DNA of 64,000 nt from Candidatus Liberibacter europaeus (GCA_003045065.1 PSQJ01000005.1:2980-66979), one strand, 5' to 3'; positions 30,784-39,650 are shown, numbered from the stretch's first letter. Translations and numbers: made by a program. The notes: generated by a model from the letters alone, not told the origin.

Positions 30784-31050
30784 TTAATTTTCCTTTTGAT
30801 TGTTTAATTCTGCTATTTCTTCTGGCGTAAGATTAAGAATTAAAGATATCTGCAACCACACAGCTCTCTGACCCTCAAAATACGCATGAGCCCTAACATC
30901 TTCTCTCCAACATGTACGATTTGAACTACAATATTCGGCAAGATAAGAAAGAACCCTCTTGCCCTCTGGAGTTTTAAAAACCGCCTTAAAATCCGAATTA
31001 AGATTTTTTGGTTTTCTTTTCAGAAAATTACTTACATCTATCCAATTCAT
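30784..31050 (-). CDS. Small conserved head-module protein (Bbp19-like, tentative)
   Basis: 88 aa between portal and scaffold, with the pattern FKTPEGKRVLSYL...C...EGQRAVWLQI. Confidence 0.4.
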   Translation of the reverse strand: MNWIDVSNFLKRKPKNLNSDFKAVFKTPEGKRVLSYLAEYCSSNRTCWREDVRAHAYFEGQRAVWLQISLILNLTPEEIAELNNQKEN

Positions 31051-32759
31051 TACATCCCTCCTCCTTTTTGAGCATTTTCAGCATATGGAGCAAGCTTTCT
31101 GGCAATTTCTGCATTTTTCATTAAGTCGTCATCTTTGGTTTGGTTCTCGTGCTCTGTCTTTGCTTCATCAGAGCTCAAATAGCATGTCGAACTGACGTTG
31201 TTGGCATTCATTATTTTAACAGATGTTTCGTATGGTTTTTGAATTAGATACCTACGATCTTGAGTTTGAGCATACATACCAGCTAAGATTTCTGACGAAC
31301 GCGTTATCCCTGCTATTTCTTCTGCTTTCTGCATCATCGAAACGTAAGAATGGTATTCTATTTTGTCGACTAAATCCTTTAAATAATTGATTAAAGGGGA
31401 TTCTGCTTGTTTTTTTTCAAAGAGTTTGTAGACCTTTCCAATATCAATCTCCCTTGCGATCAAAGGACTTAAAAGATCCTCCTGTAAACGACTCATGATT
31501 GGAGTTATAAGCCTGTTCTTTTCTCTAATACGTTCATTAATTTCAGTCGTTGTTCTGTGAGTTTTGGTATCTTCAGATAGGAAAGCATCAATGTTAAAAA
31601 CATTCTTAATATTCTGCTTTTCACGCTCCACCAAATCCCCATAAGCATTTGGCTCACCTATTTTCATTGCTGTTATGGCTGAACTACCATCAGAATCTAT
31701 ACCACCTGGGATTATCTCACCTGGCCGCATAGGATATCTCTCAAAAATAGATTGACCTATATGAGATTTTGCAAACCATACCGGATTTGAGAAGAACTCT
31801 CGTTGGATAATATCGTTCTTTTTAATCTTGTTTATAAACATAGATGACGGCAACGCTTGCAAAGCATGCGAATATCCATATGCATCCATCTGTGCCAACA
31901 AGAAACGAACAGCTATGTATGGATTTTTCCTATATCCGCCCTTGCGAATAATATGTTTTTCTTTCTCTTCGAAAAAAACACCCTCAAACTCAAAATGAGA
32001 CGCTACTATATCTCCACTTCCCTCATTTTTCGGCATAACAACATGCAAAAAGGTTATTGGGTCATTTTTCTTCTCAGCAATAGCTCTTTGCGTAGATTCA
32101 GATAATTCAGAAATATTCCAATCTTTACAAGAAGCTATCTGCCAAGGCTTCAAAGAAAATCTACGAAAAACAGTATTAACCTTTCTTTCGCTGTTTTCCT
32201 CCCAATATAGCTCTCTCAACGGGATACAAGAATATTTAAAGCCAATAACTTTATCTGATGCATCTCTTCTTTCAAAAACACTCAAACATGCATTGCCATA
32301 AACACATAAATCCAAATAAACATCGCTTAAAGCAGATTTAAAACCAGAGTCTGGTGAATATCTTATGCGAAATAATGTGTCATTGATTGTTTCAAGCCAT
32401 ATAGCAAGATCTTTGTGATTTGTATCATACACATGACCATTATTAGCTGTGATCTCATCATACAAAGCATTGTCAACCGGTTTTAAAGTGTGCCATTTAC
32501 GGTCATGAGGCGTTAACAATGTCTCCATGATGGAAGAATACTTTGTGCAACAAGAAGAAAATGTCGGATCCATGATTTCTTCTGTTTCTTTTGCACTGCT
32601 AATACCAAACTCATTATTTTCTGAGGAAAAATCAACAGGTAAAAATGGCAAAGCATGCTGAGAAAGCTTTGTCCAAGTCGATTCATGTCTGGTTCTTGCT
32701 TCTTTGACATGTTGATATCTTTGCATCAAAAGTTCTATGAAGTCTTCTTGCCCTATCAA
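31050..32759 (-). CDS. Portal protein
   Basis: 569 aa, immediately after TerL with a 4-nt overlap. Size and position are typical. Confidence 0.8.
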   Translation of the reverse strand: MIGQEDFIELLMQRYQHVKEARTRHESTWTKLSQHALPFLPVDFSSENNEFGISSAKETEEIMDPTFSSCCTKYSSIMETLLTPHDRKWHTLKPVDNALYDEITANNGHVYDTNHKDLAIWLETINDTLFRIRYSPDSGFKSALSDVYLDLCVYGNACLSVFERRDASDKVIGFKYSCIPLRELYWEENSERKVNTVFRRFSLKPWQIASCKDWNISELSESTQRAIAEKKNDPITFLHVVMPKNEGSGDIVASHFEFEGVFFEEKEKHIIRKGGYRKNPYIAVRFLLAQMDAYGYSHALQALPSSMFINKIKKNDIIQREFFSNPVWFAKSHIGQSIFERYPMRPGEIIPGGIDSDGSSAITAMKIGEPNAYGDLVEREKQNIKNVFNIDAFLSEDTKTHRTTTEINERIREKNRLITPIMSRLQEDLLSPLIAREIDIGKVYKLFEKKQAESPLINYLKDLVDKIEYHSYVSMMQKAEEIAGITRSSEILAGMYAQTQDRRYLIQKPYETSVKIMNANNVSSTCYLSSDEAKTEHENQTKDDDLMKNAEIARKLAPYAENAQKGGGM

Positions 32760-34432
32760 GCCCAGTTATCCTCTCTAGCTTTAAAGACTGAAAGAACAGG
32801 TCCAATATCTACTTGAGAACGACGACTGAAATTAATACCGATGTCTTTGCGTGCAGGTGTCACAGCATATGTGTATGCCAATGCATCAAAGAAGTCTGGG
32901 CTAACAACCCCGTATTTAGATTTATTCCTTTGTTTAGGCTCTATTGCTAATAAACCTGTATTAGGCTCTATAAATGAAATAATAGATTTCGCTTCATTAA
33001 TTAATTCAGGACAATCATTAGGAAGTTGTAAAGTAGTCATTATCGCTTGTTTAGTATAGTCATATATCTCAGTTCTTATATTCCTATAGAGATGTGGTTT
33101 ACTACTCTTGCGTTGACCTAAAATACCATCAACTATATATCCCTTGCCTTTTAAATAACTCTCTACAACAGCTCCCGGACCTTGAGCATCAACCACAATC
33201 GCATCAGGTGAATGATTGCGACAGAGCTTAGCGATTTTCTCATTAGTGATTTCTATATTCGTTTCAGACCAGTGATAAATACTTTCAATAATGTTCCCAC
33301 GACGCAATATTACAACAGTTTTATCCTTGCCCTCTCCCGCAACATCACATCCCATAATCAACGGTGCATACAGATCAGGATATGCTTTTCTCTTAACCGC
33401 TTCTTCAATATATTCATGAGGGATAAAAGAATTCTCTTCTTGATTTGGAAATTGACCCAAAACATCAACTTTAACTATGTCAGAATCAAGACCATACGAA
33501 GATATCAACCCTTCATGAAAACTTGGATCAATCCCCTCAACTGTTCTTGTATCTATCTGGAAGCGTTTCCAATCATCTAACGGTTTGTTGAAAATATCAT
33601 AAAACTTGCCAGATAAACGACGAGGATTAGAGGTCATAATCCAGAAACGATTAGCATTGATTTCCGTAAAGAAACCATGACATGCCAAATCAATGGAATA
33701 AGGTAAATCAGCACCCTCATCAACAACTAAAAGTGTGCCAATGGGATTATGCATACCAACAAATGTACCAGGTCTTTCCTCAGAATATGTACGGCACATA
33801 ATGCTGTATTGTTTGGAATCTATACCAGTAGTCTTTAAAAGAGATGCAGCATACCACTGAGAAGGATGCATAGATAACGATTGCATCTCAAACCAATGAC
33901 TGTTTGGCATCATCGATAACCAACGACTTGTATCAGCCCATAATGTCGTTTTTAACTGAGTTTCACTATTCGCAACACAAATAACCGAAATACCCGGCCG
34001 TGTAGACATCGCCCATAACATCATCCACGCATTAATCGCAGATTTTCCAATTCCACGACCACCAGCAATAGCACATTTATATATTTTCGGATTAGGATTA
34101 TCTACATTGAATAAATTATTCTCATCAACTGATCTAATGACATCTAATTGCCATGGTCTAGGTCTTTCAAAGCTTTCAAGCGGAGTACCAGGCTTTTTCC
34201 AAGGGAAAAAATCTTGAACAAAATTCTCAAAACTTAAAGCATAGTAAGGGCTTAAAGTCTTTTTAAATAACTCTTGTTCCGTTTTTGGATTTGTTGGAAG
34301 TTCTCGGGACAATGCAACTCTTCTAAATAGAAATTCAATTATCCCTCTAAGGAGATAAAATAGAAGAGGATTGCAGGAGCCTAAGCAACCCTCTCCAATC
34401 TCATCTATTAGAGAGAGCGTGGTTAGGCTCAA
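32756..34432 (-). CDS. Terminase large subunit
   Basis: 558 aa with Walker A AIAGGRGIGKSA, Walker B LLVVDEGAD and a C-terminal RNaseH-like nuclease part (GCDVAGEGKDKTV). TTG start. Confidence 0.9.
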   Translation of the reverse strand: MSLTTLSLIDEIGEGCLGSCNPLLFYLLRGIIEFLFRRVALSRELPTNPKTEQELFKKTLSPYYALSFENFVQDFFPWKKPGTPLESFERPRPWQLDVIRSVDENNLFNVDNPNPKIYKCAIAGGRGIGKSAINAWMMLWAMSTRPGISVICVANSETQLKTTLWADTSRWLSMMPNSHWFEMQSLSMHPSQWYAASLLKTTGIDSKQYSIMCRTYSEERPGTFVGMHNPIGTLLVVDEGADLPYSIDLACHGFFTEINANRFWIMTSNPRRLSGKFYDIFNKPLDDWKRFQIDTRTVEGIDPSFHEGLISSYGLDSDIVKVDVLGQFPNQEENSFIPHEYIEEAVKRKAYPDLYAPLIMGCDVAGEGKDKTVVILRRGNIIESIYHWSETNIEITNEKIAKLCRNHSPDAIVVDAQGPGAVVESYLKGKGYIVDGILGQRKSSKPHLYRNIRTEIYDYTKQAIMTTLQLPNDCPELINEAKSIISFIEPNTGLLAIEPKQRNKSKYGVVSPDFFDALAYTYAVTPARKDIGINFSRRSQVDIGPVLSVFKAREDNWA

Positions 34433-34753
34433 ACCACAATCAACATACTAACATACGTTGAATCTACTTACAAGCCCTAAATGGACAAATAACACTTGTT
34501 AATTCACCTTTTCTAGTTTTGTAGTGTAACTGACAAGTTATATCTGATTCAGTTATTGACATAGTGTTTATGAGCTTAGGAAGTGGTGTTGTTGTTTTTA
34601 AAAAAAAATATAAAAAAATTTTTCTATAAAAAAAAATTATAAAAATTTTCTGGGGGGGAAGCCTCTAATCTCAAAAGAAAGTTCAAGGGGGGTTTTGCCT
34701 TTTTTGGCTATCCCTTTCGTATTTTCGGCCATATATTGGCCATAAAAAAACTA

Positions 34754-34808
34754 TACTTACTTTTACTTGGATTTACTTGTTTTTACTTAAATATACTTAA
34801 TTATACTT
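34754..34808. repeat. Six TACTT motifs phased at exactly 10-bp spacing
   Basis: TACTT begins at 34754, 34764, 34774, 34784, 34794 and 34804. The flanks carry long A-tracts and G7/G6 runs (34652-34658, 34686-34691). Confidence 0.85.
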
Positions 34809-34864
34809 TAACCAAAATAAAACCACAGAACATAGGCTAGATTTAGCTTTGTATTCTTAGTCGC

Positions 34865-35359
34865 CTAATCCTTATGCTCTATTGTTTTGGTGTGTTCTGG
34901 TGCCTGTTCTATCGATTTGTGATGGCTTTTTATAAGCTTCATAGCCTCACGTTGGGCTTGCCTATCGTTCAAATGCTGTATAGCCGGTGCTAAATCTATC
35001 ATATGGTTCTGTGTCACTGTAACATGATTACCATATTGCTTTGGATGTCTTTTTTCCAGTTCCCATTTCAAATGGTTCATTCTTGTTTCACGCAATTTAA
35101 GCAAATGTGGATATTCAAGTTCTTCTGGTGTTGGAGCAGAATGAACAATTTTATACAATTCAGCACTTATTGATTCTGCATGGCTTTCTTTCACCAGTCT
35201 ATAACGTTCTTTTAGGCTGTCATGGTCTTTTTCTAGCCATTCATAAAACGTCATTACTTTAACCCCATGCGCTTTACACGATTCAACTAAGGTCTTTCCT
35301 GTTGCATAAGCAGTTAAAATATTATCTGTTTTTTGTTTCGTGTATGTGGTCTTAGCCAT
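34865..35359 (-). CDS. Terminase small subunit (HTH type)
   Basis: 164 aa with an N-terminal HTH (GKTLVESCKAHGVKVMTFYEWL) and a KWELEKRHPKQYG motif typical of TerS families. Confidence 0.7.
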   Translation of the reverse strand: MAKTTYTKQKTDNILTAYATGKTLVESCKAHGVKVMTFYEWLEKDHDSLKERYRLVKESHAESISAELYKIVHSAPTPEELEYPHLLKLRETRMNHLKWELEKRHPKQYGNHVTVTQNHMIDLAPAIQHLNDRQAQREAMKLIKSHHKSIEQAPEHTKTIEHKD

Positions 35360-35492
35360 TCAAATTATACCATTAAATCAATTGGTTAACAAATTATATC
35401 GCGTGTGCGAACTTCGGGCATTAAAAGGCTAAAAAGTATCCTATCACACACCCAAAACACAATCTCTAAATATAGCTCTTAAGAGATATACC

Positions 35493-35978
35493 TTAGCCTT
35501 TTTTCAAGCAATAATCCAACAGAGCTAATGCGTCAGCTTCGTTATCGTCGATTGGATTGAAGCCTAATTTTTTGACCTCTGAGATAACCAATTGTTTATT
35601 GGCGTTTCCTTTGCCTGTGATATGTTTTTTGATTGTTTGAACGGGTATACCGCCATAAGCTATTTTTTGTTTTTCGCACCAAGAAGCAAGAACAGCGAGA
35701 AACCCACCATAAGCGTGTGATGCATCAACGCCTAAATGCCGTCTGACCTCTTCAAACCAAACAACCTTGATACCCTCAAGAGAGTTTAACCAGTTTTGGA
35801 ATTTCAGAAACCGCATACCTCCACCCTCAAACCTGCCATTTTCAAATTTCACAACACCAGAGAATACTTGGCCATCCCTTTTGACAGCAAAGCCCATCTT
35901 TGAACCTAAATCTAAAGCCAATACGCCCATAATACACAAAATCCATTTTAAAGCCCCTACAGTAACGTTTTGTATCAT
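35493..35978 (-). CDS. RuvC-like Holliday junction resolvase (phage type)
   Basis: Motifs LALDLGSKMGFAV (catalytic Asp), WFEEV (Glu) and NEADALALLDY. The likely start is the Met at 35930. Confidence 0.8.
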   Translation of the reverse strand: MIQNVTVGALKWILCIMGVLALDLGSKMGFAVKRDGQVFSGVVKFENGRFEGGGMRFLKFQNWLNSLEGIKVVWFEEVRRHLGVDASHAYGGFLAVLASWCEKQKIAYGGIPVQTIKKHITGKGNANKQLVISEVKKLGFNPIDDNEADALALLDYCLKKG

Positions 35979-36326
35979 ACCATGGTAGATTGTCTTAGTC
36001 TACCCCCAAAACAGCATTTACAAGCTATTTCTGAACCATTTAAAGCACATCAAAACACACATCCAACCTCATAAGGCGGTTCAACACATCAAAAACCTAT
36101 TCTGAGCAGTATACACCAAACCCTTAGTTTCTGAACAGTACACAGCACACAAACGTTTCAACATTGGCCAATCATACCATAGCACCTATACCGATACACC
36201 GAACAACTCAAAAACCAGTTCAAAAACCAAAACCAGCCAAAACCAACAATAATCCGAAAAATCCGAAACGGCATGTGTGTATTTTGTGGGGCGATTTTTG
36301 GGCTTGCCAATGGGTAGGGCTGAAAA

Positions 36327-36359
36327 ATAACCCCAAACTTACATACGTAAGTGGGTTAT
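36327..36359. other. 13-bp stem hairpin with a 3-nt bulge
   Basis: ATAACCC-caa-ACTTAC atac GTAAGT-GGGTTAT. Confidence 0.6.
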
Positions 36360-36477
36360 AGCCCCCAAAACCACATGCCCGGGGGGTTGTGTTGTATATT
36401 TGTATATTGCGTGTAACATACTGATTATACAGTGTTTTTTTCACGATTAACACGCCTAACAAAAGTTGCTTGTAAAA

Positions 36478-36735
36478 AAATTCATTAGTCAAACACTGAC
36501 TAATAAAATTAAGCCGGTTCTGACCCGTTATGAGGATTTTACTGTTTTTTTTTATGTCATAAGTCAGAAAAAATACAATAACTGACTAATAAACTAACTA
36601 ATAAATCATTTTTAAAAGAATATCGGTAAAATTAAGCCGGTTCTGACCCGTTATGAGGGCCTTAAATTCATTAGTCAAACACTGACTAATAAAATTAAGC
36701 CGGTTCTGACCCGTTATGAGGATTTTACTGTTTTT
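36478..36735. repeat. Two identical 72-bp direct repeats (36478-36549, 36664-36735) plus a third 31-bp partial copy (36628-36658)
   Basis: The unit is aaattcattagtcaaacactgactaataaaattaagccggttctgacccgttatgaggattttactgttttt. It contains the hairpin TTAGTCA-aacac-TGACTAA. Confidence 0.95.
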
Positions 36736-37106
36736 GAGGTTTTTTATAGTCTATATAGTATTTAATTCAATTAAAAAACAATAAACAATTCAAATACCAA
36801 ATACCATATTTCAACACGGTACAGACTATACGATAAACTGCCAAAATGGTTGTTTTTTTAGTTGTTCAGACTATCATTTTGTTTGTGTATGTATGCTTGC
36901 AATATCGAAGAAATAGACTAGTCTAGTTTGGGATAAACAATATAACTCCCATGAAACTTATAAATCTCATGTATGGAAGTATAGAATAGTATATTTGGAA
37001 GTATATAATAGATTAGATAAGAAAATATAATGTGATATTAGATTAGTTGCATGGTATAGGGATATTCGCGTTGAATTAAATGTTCATATGCCTTGTTCTA
37101 AGGTTT

Positions 37107-37120
37107 GGCTCTGCGGAGCC
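37107..37120 (-). terminator. Weak terminator-like hairpin after the 199-aa membrane protein gene
   Basis: GGCTC-tgcg-GAGCC lies about 20 nt downstream of the stop, with no clear U-tract. Confidence 0.25.
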
Positions 37121-37138
37121 TATAAGCTTTAAGTTATT

Positions 37139-37738
37139 TTAGTTCTGCTTGTGTTTTTCATTATATCTAATACGAACTTCTTTTGCTTCCTTTTGATTAT
37201 ATGCTCTAATCAAATTGCTTATAATAAAAATATTCTGCAAATAATCTTCAGCATCTTCAAACTCTACATCAGACGCTAAAGGTGGTACTCCGTATGGTTT
37301 TAAAAATAATTCTATAGTGTTTATACTTTCTTTAAAGTTCTCTTTGCTTAGATATTTTTTTATATTGTAAAGGTTCTTATAACTCTTGTTAATATTATCC
37401 ATATCACTGAAACGTATCTCATGTTTATTCTTTATTATATTTTCTTGATTTTTGGATGCTATCAAGATTGTTGATATCATTGAGAATACAAACCAAAAAA
37501 TAACAAAAAATAAAATAGACCTAATGGTTGGATCGCCTTGATACAAACCATGGTATGAGAGAGCTATTAAAGCGGTATGTAACAACCTAATAAAACTAAC
37601 AGGTAAAAAATAACTGATTATTTGCGAAATTGCTTGATTTTTACTATCTTTTAAAAAAAATGACATAAGGGACATATCCTCGCCACTAAAAGCGTTTTTT
37701 AGCAAAGATAATGCGGGCTTGATCCAATCCATGTTCAC
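37139..37738 (-). CDS. Membrane protein downstream of the repressor (candidate exclusion/Abi function)
   Basis: 199 aa with 2-3 TM helices followed by a charged C-terminal domain of about 100 aa. It has the same strand and position relative to the repressor as lambda rex or P22 sieB. Confidence 0.5.
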   Translation of the reverse strand: MNMDWIKPALSLLKNAFSGEDMSLMSFFLKDSKNQAISQIISYFLPVSFIRLLHTALIALSYHGLYQGDPTIRSILFFVIFWFVFSMISTILIASKNQENIIKNKHEIRFSDMDNINKSYKNLYNIKKYLSKENFKESINTIELFLKPYGVPPLASDVEFEDAEDYLQNIFIISNLIRAYNQKEAKEVRIRYNEKHKQN

Positions 37739-37855
37739 GCCCTACACCCCCAAACAAACTAAATATTTGATTGTTATGTAAGACATCATCTAACCCCTTG
37801 AAAAATTGGGCTAAATACCGTTTTGATACAGTAAAAAAATGTATCAAAAAGGGAA

Positions 37856-38584
37856 TTATTCGCTTGACTTTGGCTTGGATTCTGGTGAAACACGTGTTGT
37901 GTTGTGTTGTGTTGTGTTGTGCCTAAGTTCTGCATTATTTAATGCCTCTTTTTCCATTCTCATACGTGTTACAAACAATGCTAATTCGTTAGCATCTAAC
38001 GTTTTGATGTGATGCATGACTTCGTCTTTCAACGTTTTCTTGACCTGTTTTAAAGGTATAGATGGTGGTGTGATATGTCTATTAGTACCACCTTTAGTAG
38101 GTATGCATGTATCACCAAAATAAATCCAGTCCAAAGGTTTGTTTAAGGCATCTTTTATTAACAAGGCCGTTTTAACCTCTGGGACATTCCTACCTTTTTC
38201 ATAGTTGCTCAAAGTTGTTAAGGGTATCCCTATCCAATCGCTAAACGCCTTTAGAGTCATACCCTCTTTTTTTCTAATAGAATTAAGTCTAGCTCCAATA
38301 GTATAAGCCTCTAAAGTTCTTTCTGTGTTCCTGTCTGTATTTGTAACCTTTACATTAATACCACAATACAACCATTCGAAAGGCACACCGAATTCATTAC
38401 GTAGGAACAAAGCGTAGTTAATGCTTGCGGGAGCTGTGCCTGATTCAAACATTGCTATAGACTGCTGTACTTGATTAGATATTTCGCTCATTTGGGCTTG
38501 AGTATAGTTACATTCCAAACGTAACGATTTGAAACGTTGCCCTATTTCCTGCCAATCTAATATATGTTCAGCTTTCTTCTTCAT
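37856..38584 (-). CDS. Prophage repressor with two tandem XRE-type HTH domains, no peptidase domain
   Basis: 242 aa with LRLECNYTQAQMSEISNQVQQSIAMFESG and IRKKEGMTLKAFSDWIGIPLTTLSNYEKG. It is divergent from the early small-gene operon. Confidence 0.75.
   Translation of the reverse strand: MKKKAEHILDWQEIGQRFKSLRLECNYTQAQMSEISNQVQQSIAMFESGTAPASINYALFLRNEFGVPFEWLYCGINVKVTNTDRNTERTLEAYTIGARLNSIRKKEGMTLKAFSDWIGIPLTTLSNYEKGRNVPEVKTALLIKDALNKPLDWIYFGDTCIPTKGGTNRHITPPSIPLKQVKKTLKDEVMHHIKTLDANELALFVTRMRMEKEALNNAELRHNTTQHNTTRVSPESKPKSSE
37894..37921. repeat. Pentanucleotide microsatellite (GTGTT)5 inside the repressor 3' end
   Basis: Five perfect units plus GTG. They encode HNTTQHNTT on the minus strand. 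Confidence 0.95.
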
Positions 38585-38671
38585 AACTCAATCATATCTC
38601 AAATTAAAGCTTTGGTAAAGGCAATGTTAGCTTGTCTATATAAAAATATCGAATTATTTGTTTTTTTTATC

Positions 38672-38700
38672 TTGACATATTACAAATTAATCGATAATAC
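38672..38700 (+). promoter_or_regulatory. Candidate early promoter (TTGACA - 17 nt - TAATAC)
   Basis: A consensus -35 lies in the divergent repressor/early-gene intergenic region. Confidence 0.35.
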
Positions 38701-38753
38701 TAGCCCCAATTCAACTAACTTTAAAAAGTTTAAAAATCTAATGGATAAATGAG

Positions 38754-39056
38754 ATGAATAGAGAAGAACAACAGAAGTTTAAAGAGAAGTTCAAAGATGA
38801 GTTTAAATGGCGTTACATAAATAATTTTTTGTCTGATCCTAAATTAATCAACGAAATTAAATTAGTGGGGAAACATGATATTCAAACAGCCGTATTAATG
38901 ATCCGAGACTTGATATTGGAAGATATGAAAAACGCATATGAAAAGTTTTTTAATAGCAGTTATCGAAAGTTTTTAAAAACACCTAAGAACTTTGAATTTA
39001 AACAAGAGCTTCCCGCTATAGCGAATGAATTGTCAGCAATTGTTGCATGCGTTTAG
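38754..39056 (+). CDS. Small early protein, paralog A
   Basis: 100 aa starting MNREEQ. The upstream aaaaatctaatggataaatgagATG is duplicated before the next gene. Confidence 0.5.
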   Translation: MNREEQQKFKEKFKDEFKWRYINNFLSDPKLINEIKLVGKHDIQTAVLMIRDLILEDMKNAYEKFFNSSYRKFLKTPKNFEFKQELPAIANELSAIVACV

Positions 39057-39083
39057 CGCTAAAAATCTTAATGGAGAAATGAG

Positions 39084-39425
39084 ATGAATAAAGAAGAACA
39101 AATTGATATATTCGAAGAACACTACATGAGCAGATATGTACCGAGTTCAAAGGTATTGCGTAGTTTAGAGAAAATCCTTGATGACATAGTGACAGGTGGA
39201 CGTAAGAGTGAAATTTATTTTGACCAAATACTTTATGAGGATATAACCGAGATTTTAGAAGAAGATATGCTCAAAAGTTATAATGATTTTCTTTTTCTTA
39301 ATGGGTTAAAAGCTTCAGATCTTCCTGATTTTTACGAGCTTATCGAGTTTACCAAAGAAGAAGCAGACTACATTATAGATAGAATTATAGAAAACCGCCT
39401 TAAAATAGAAGTGAAATTTGCGTAA
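39084..39425 (+). CDS. Small acidic early protein, paralog B
   Basis: 113 aa starting MNKEEQ, with the same leader sequence as paralog A. Confidence 0.5.
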   Translation: MNKEEQIDIFEEHYMSRYVPSSKVLRSLEKILDDIVTGGRKSEIYFDQILYEDITEILEEDMLKSYNDFLFLNGLKASDLPDFYELIEFTKEEADYIIDRIIENRLKIEVKFA

Positions 39426-39455
39426 AAACGGAAGTAAGAAACAAGGAGTAAGAAG

Positions 39456-39650
39456 ATGACTAGAGTGGAACAGATGAAAGAACTTAGTATGAGATTGAGG
39501 GTGGTCAACACTTTGATATCTGTAGAGGATTTAGACGGATGTTTGCCAGAGGATTTAAAGCTGATGAGAGTTAAGTTGATGAATAATGTTATAACCACGG
39601 CTGATAGCTTGAAGGGAAGTGATACTCCTTTCTTTATTCCATCTAGATAA
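39456..39650 (+). CDS. Hypothetical small protein
   Basis: 64 aa, with AGGAG-like sequence upstream. Confidence 0.4.
   Translation: MTRVEQMKELSMRLRVVNTLISVEDLDGCLPEDLKLMRVKLMNNVITTADSLKGSDTPFFIPSR

Noticed and set aside
36164-36492. ORFs 36164-36361 (+) and 36220-36492 (-) in the prophage non-coding region
   Set aside because: The two ORFs are mutually antisense. Their products are low-complexity (P/K/N/T-rich), which reflects the C/A-skewed DNA. Neither has an RBS or a recognisable motif, so I treated the region as non-coding.
36478-36735. Possible CRISPR array (direct repeats with spacers)
   Set aside because: There are only two full copies and one partial copy. The units are 72 bp and the spacing is irregular. 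No cas genes are present and part of the spacer is itself related to the repeat, so this is not CRISPR-like.
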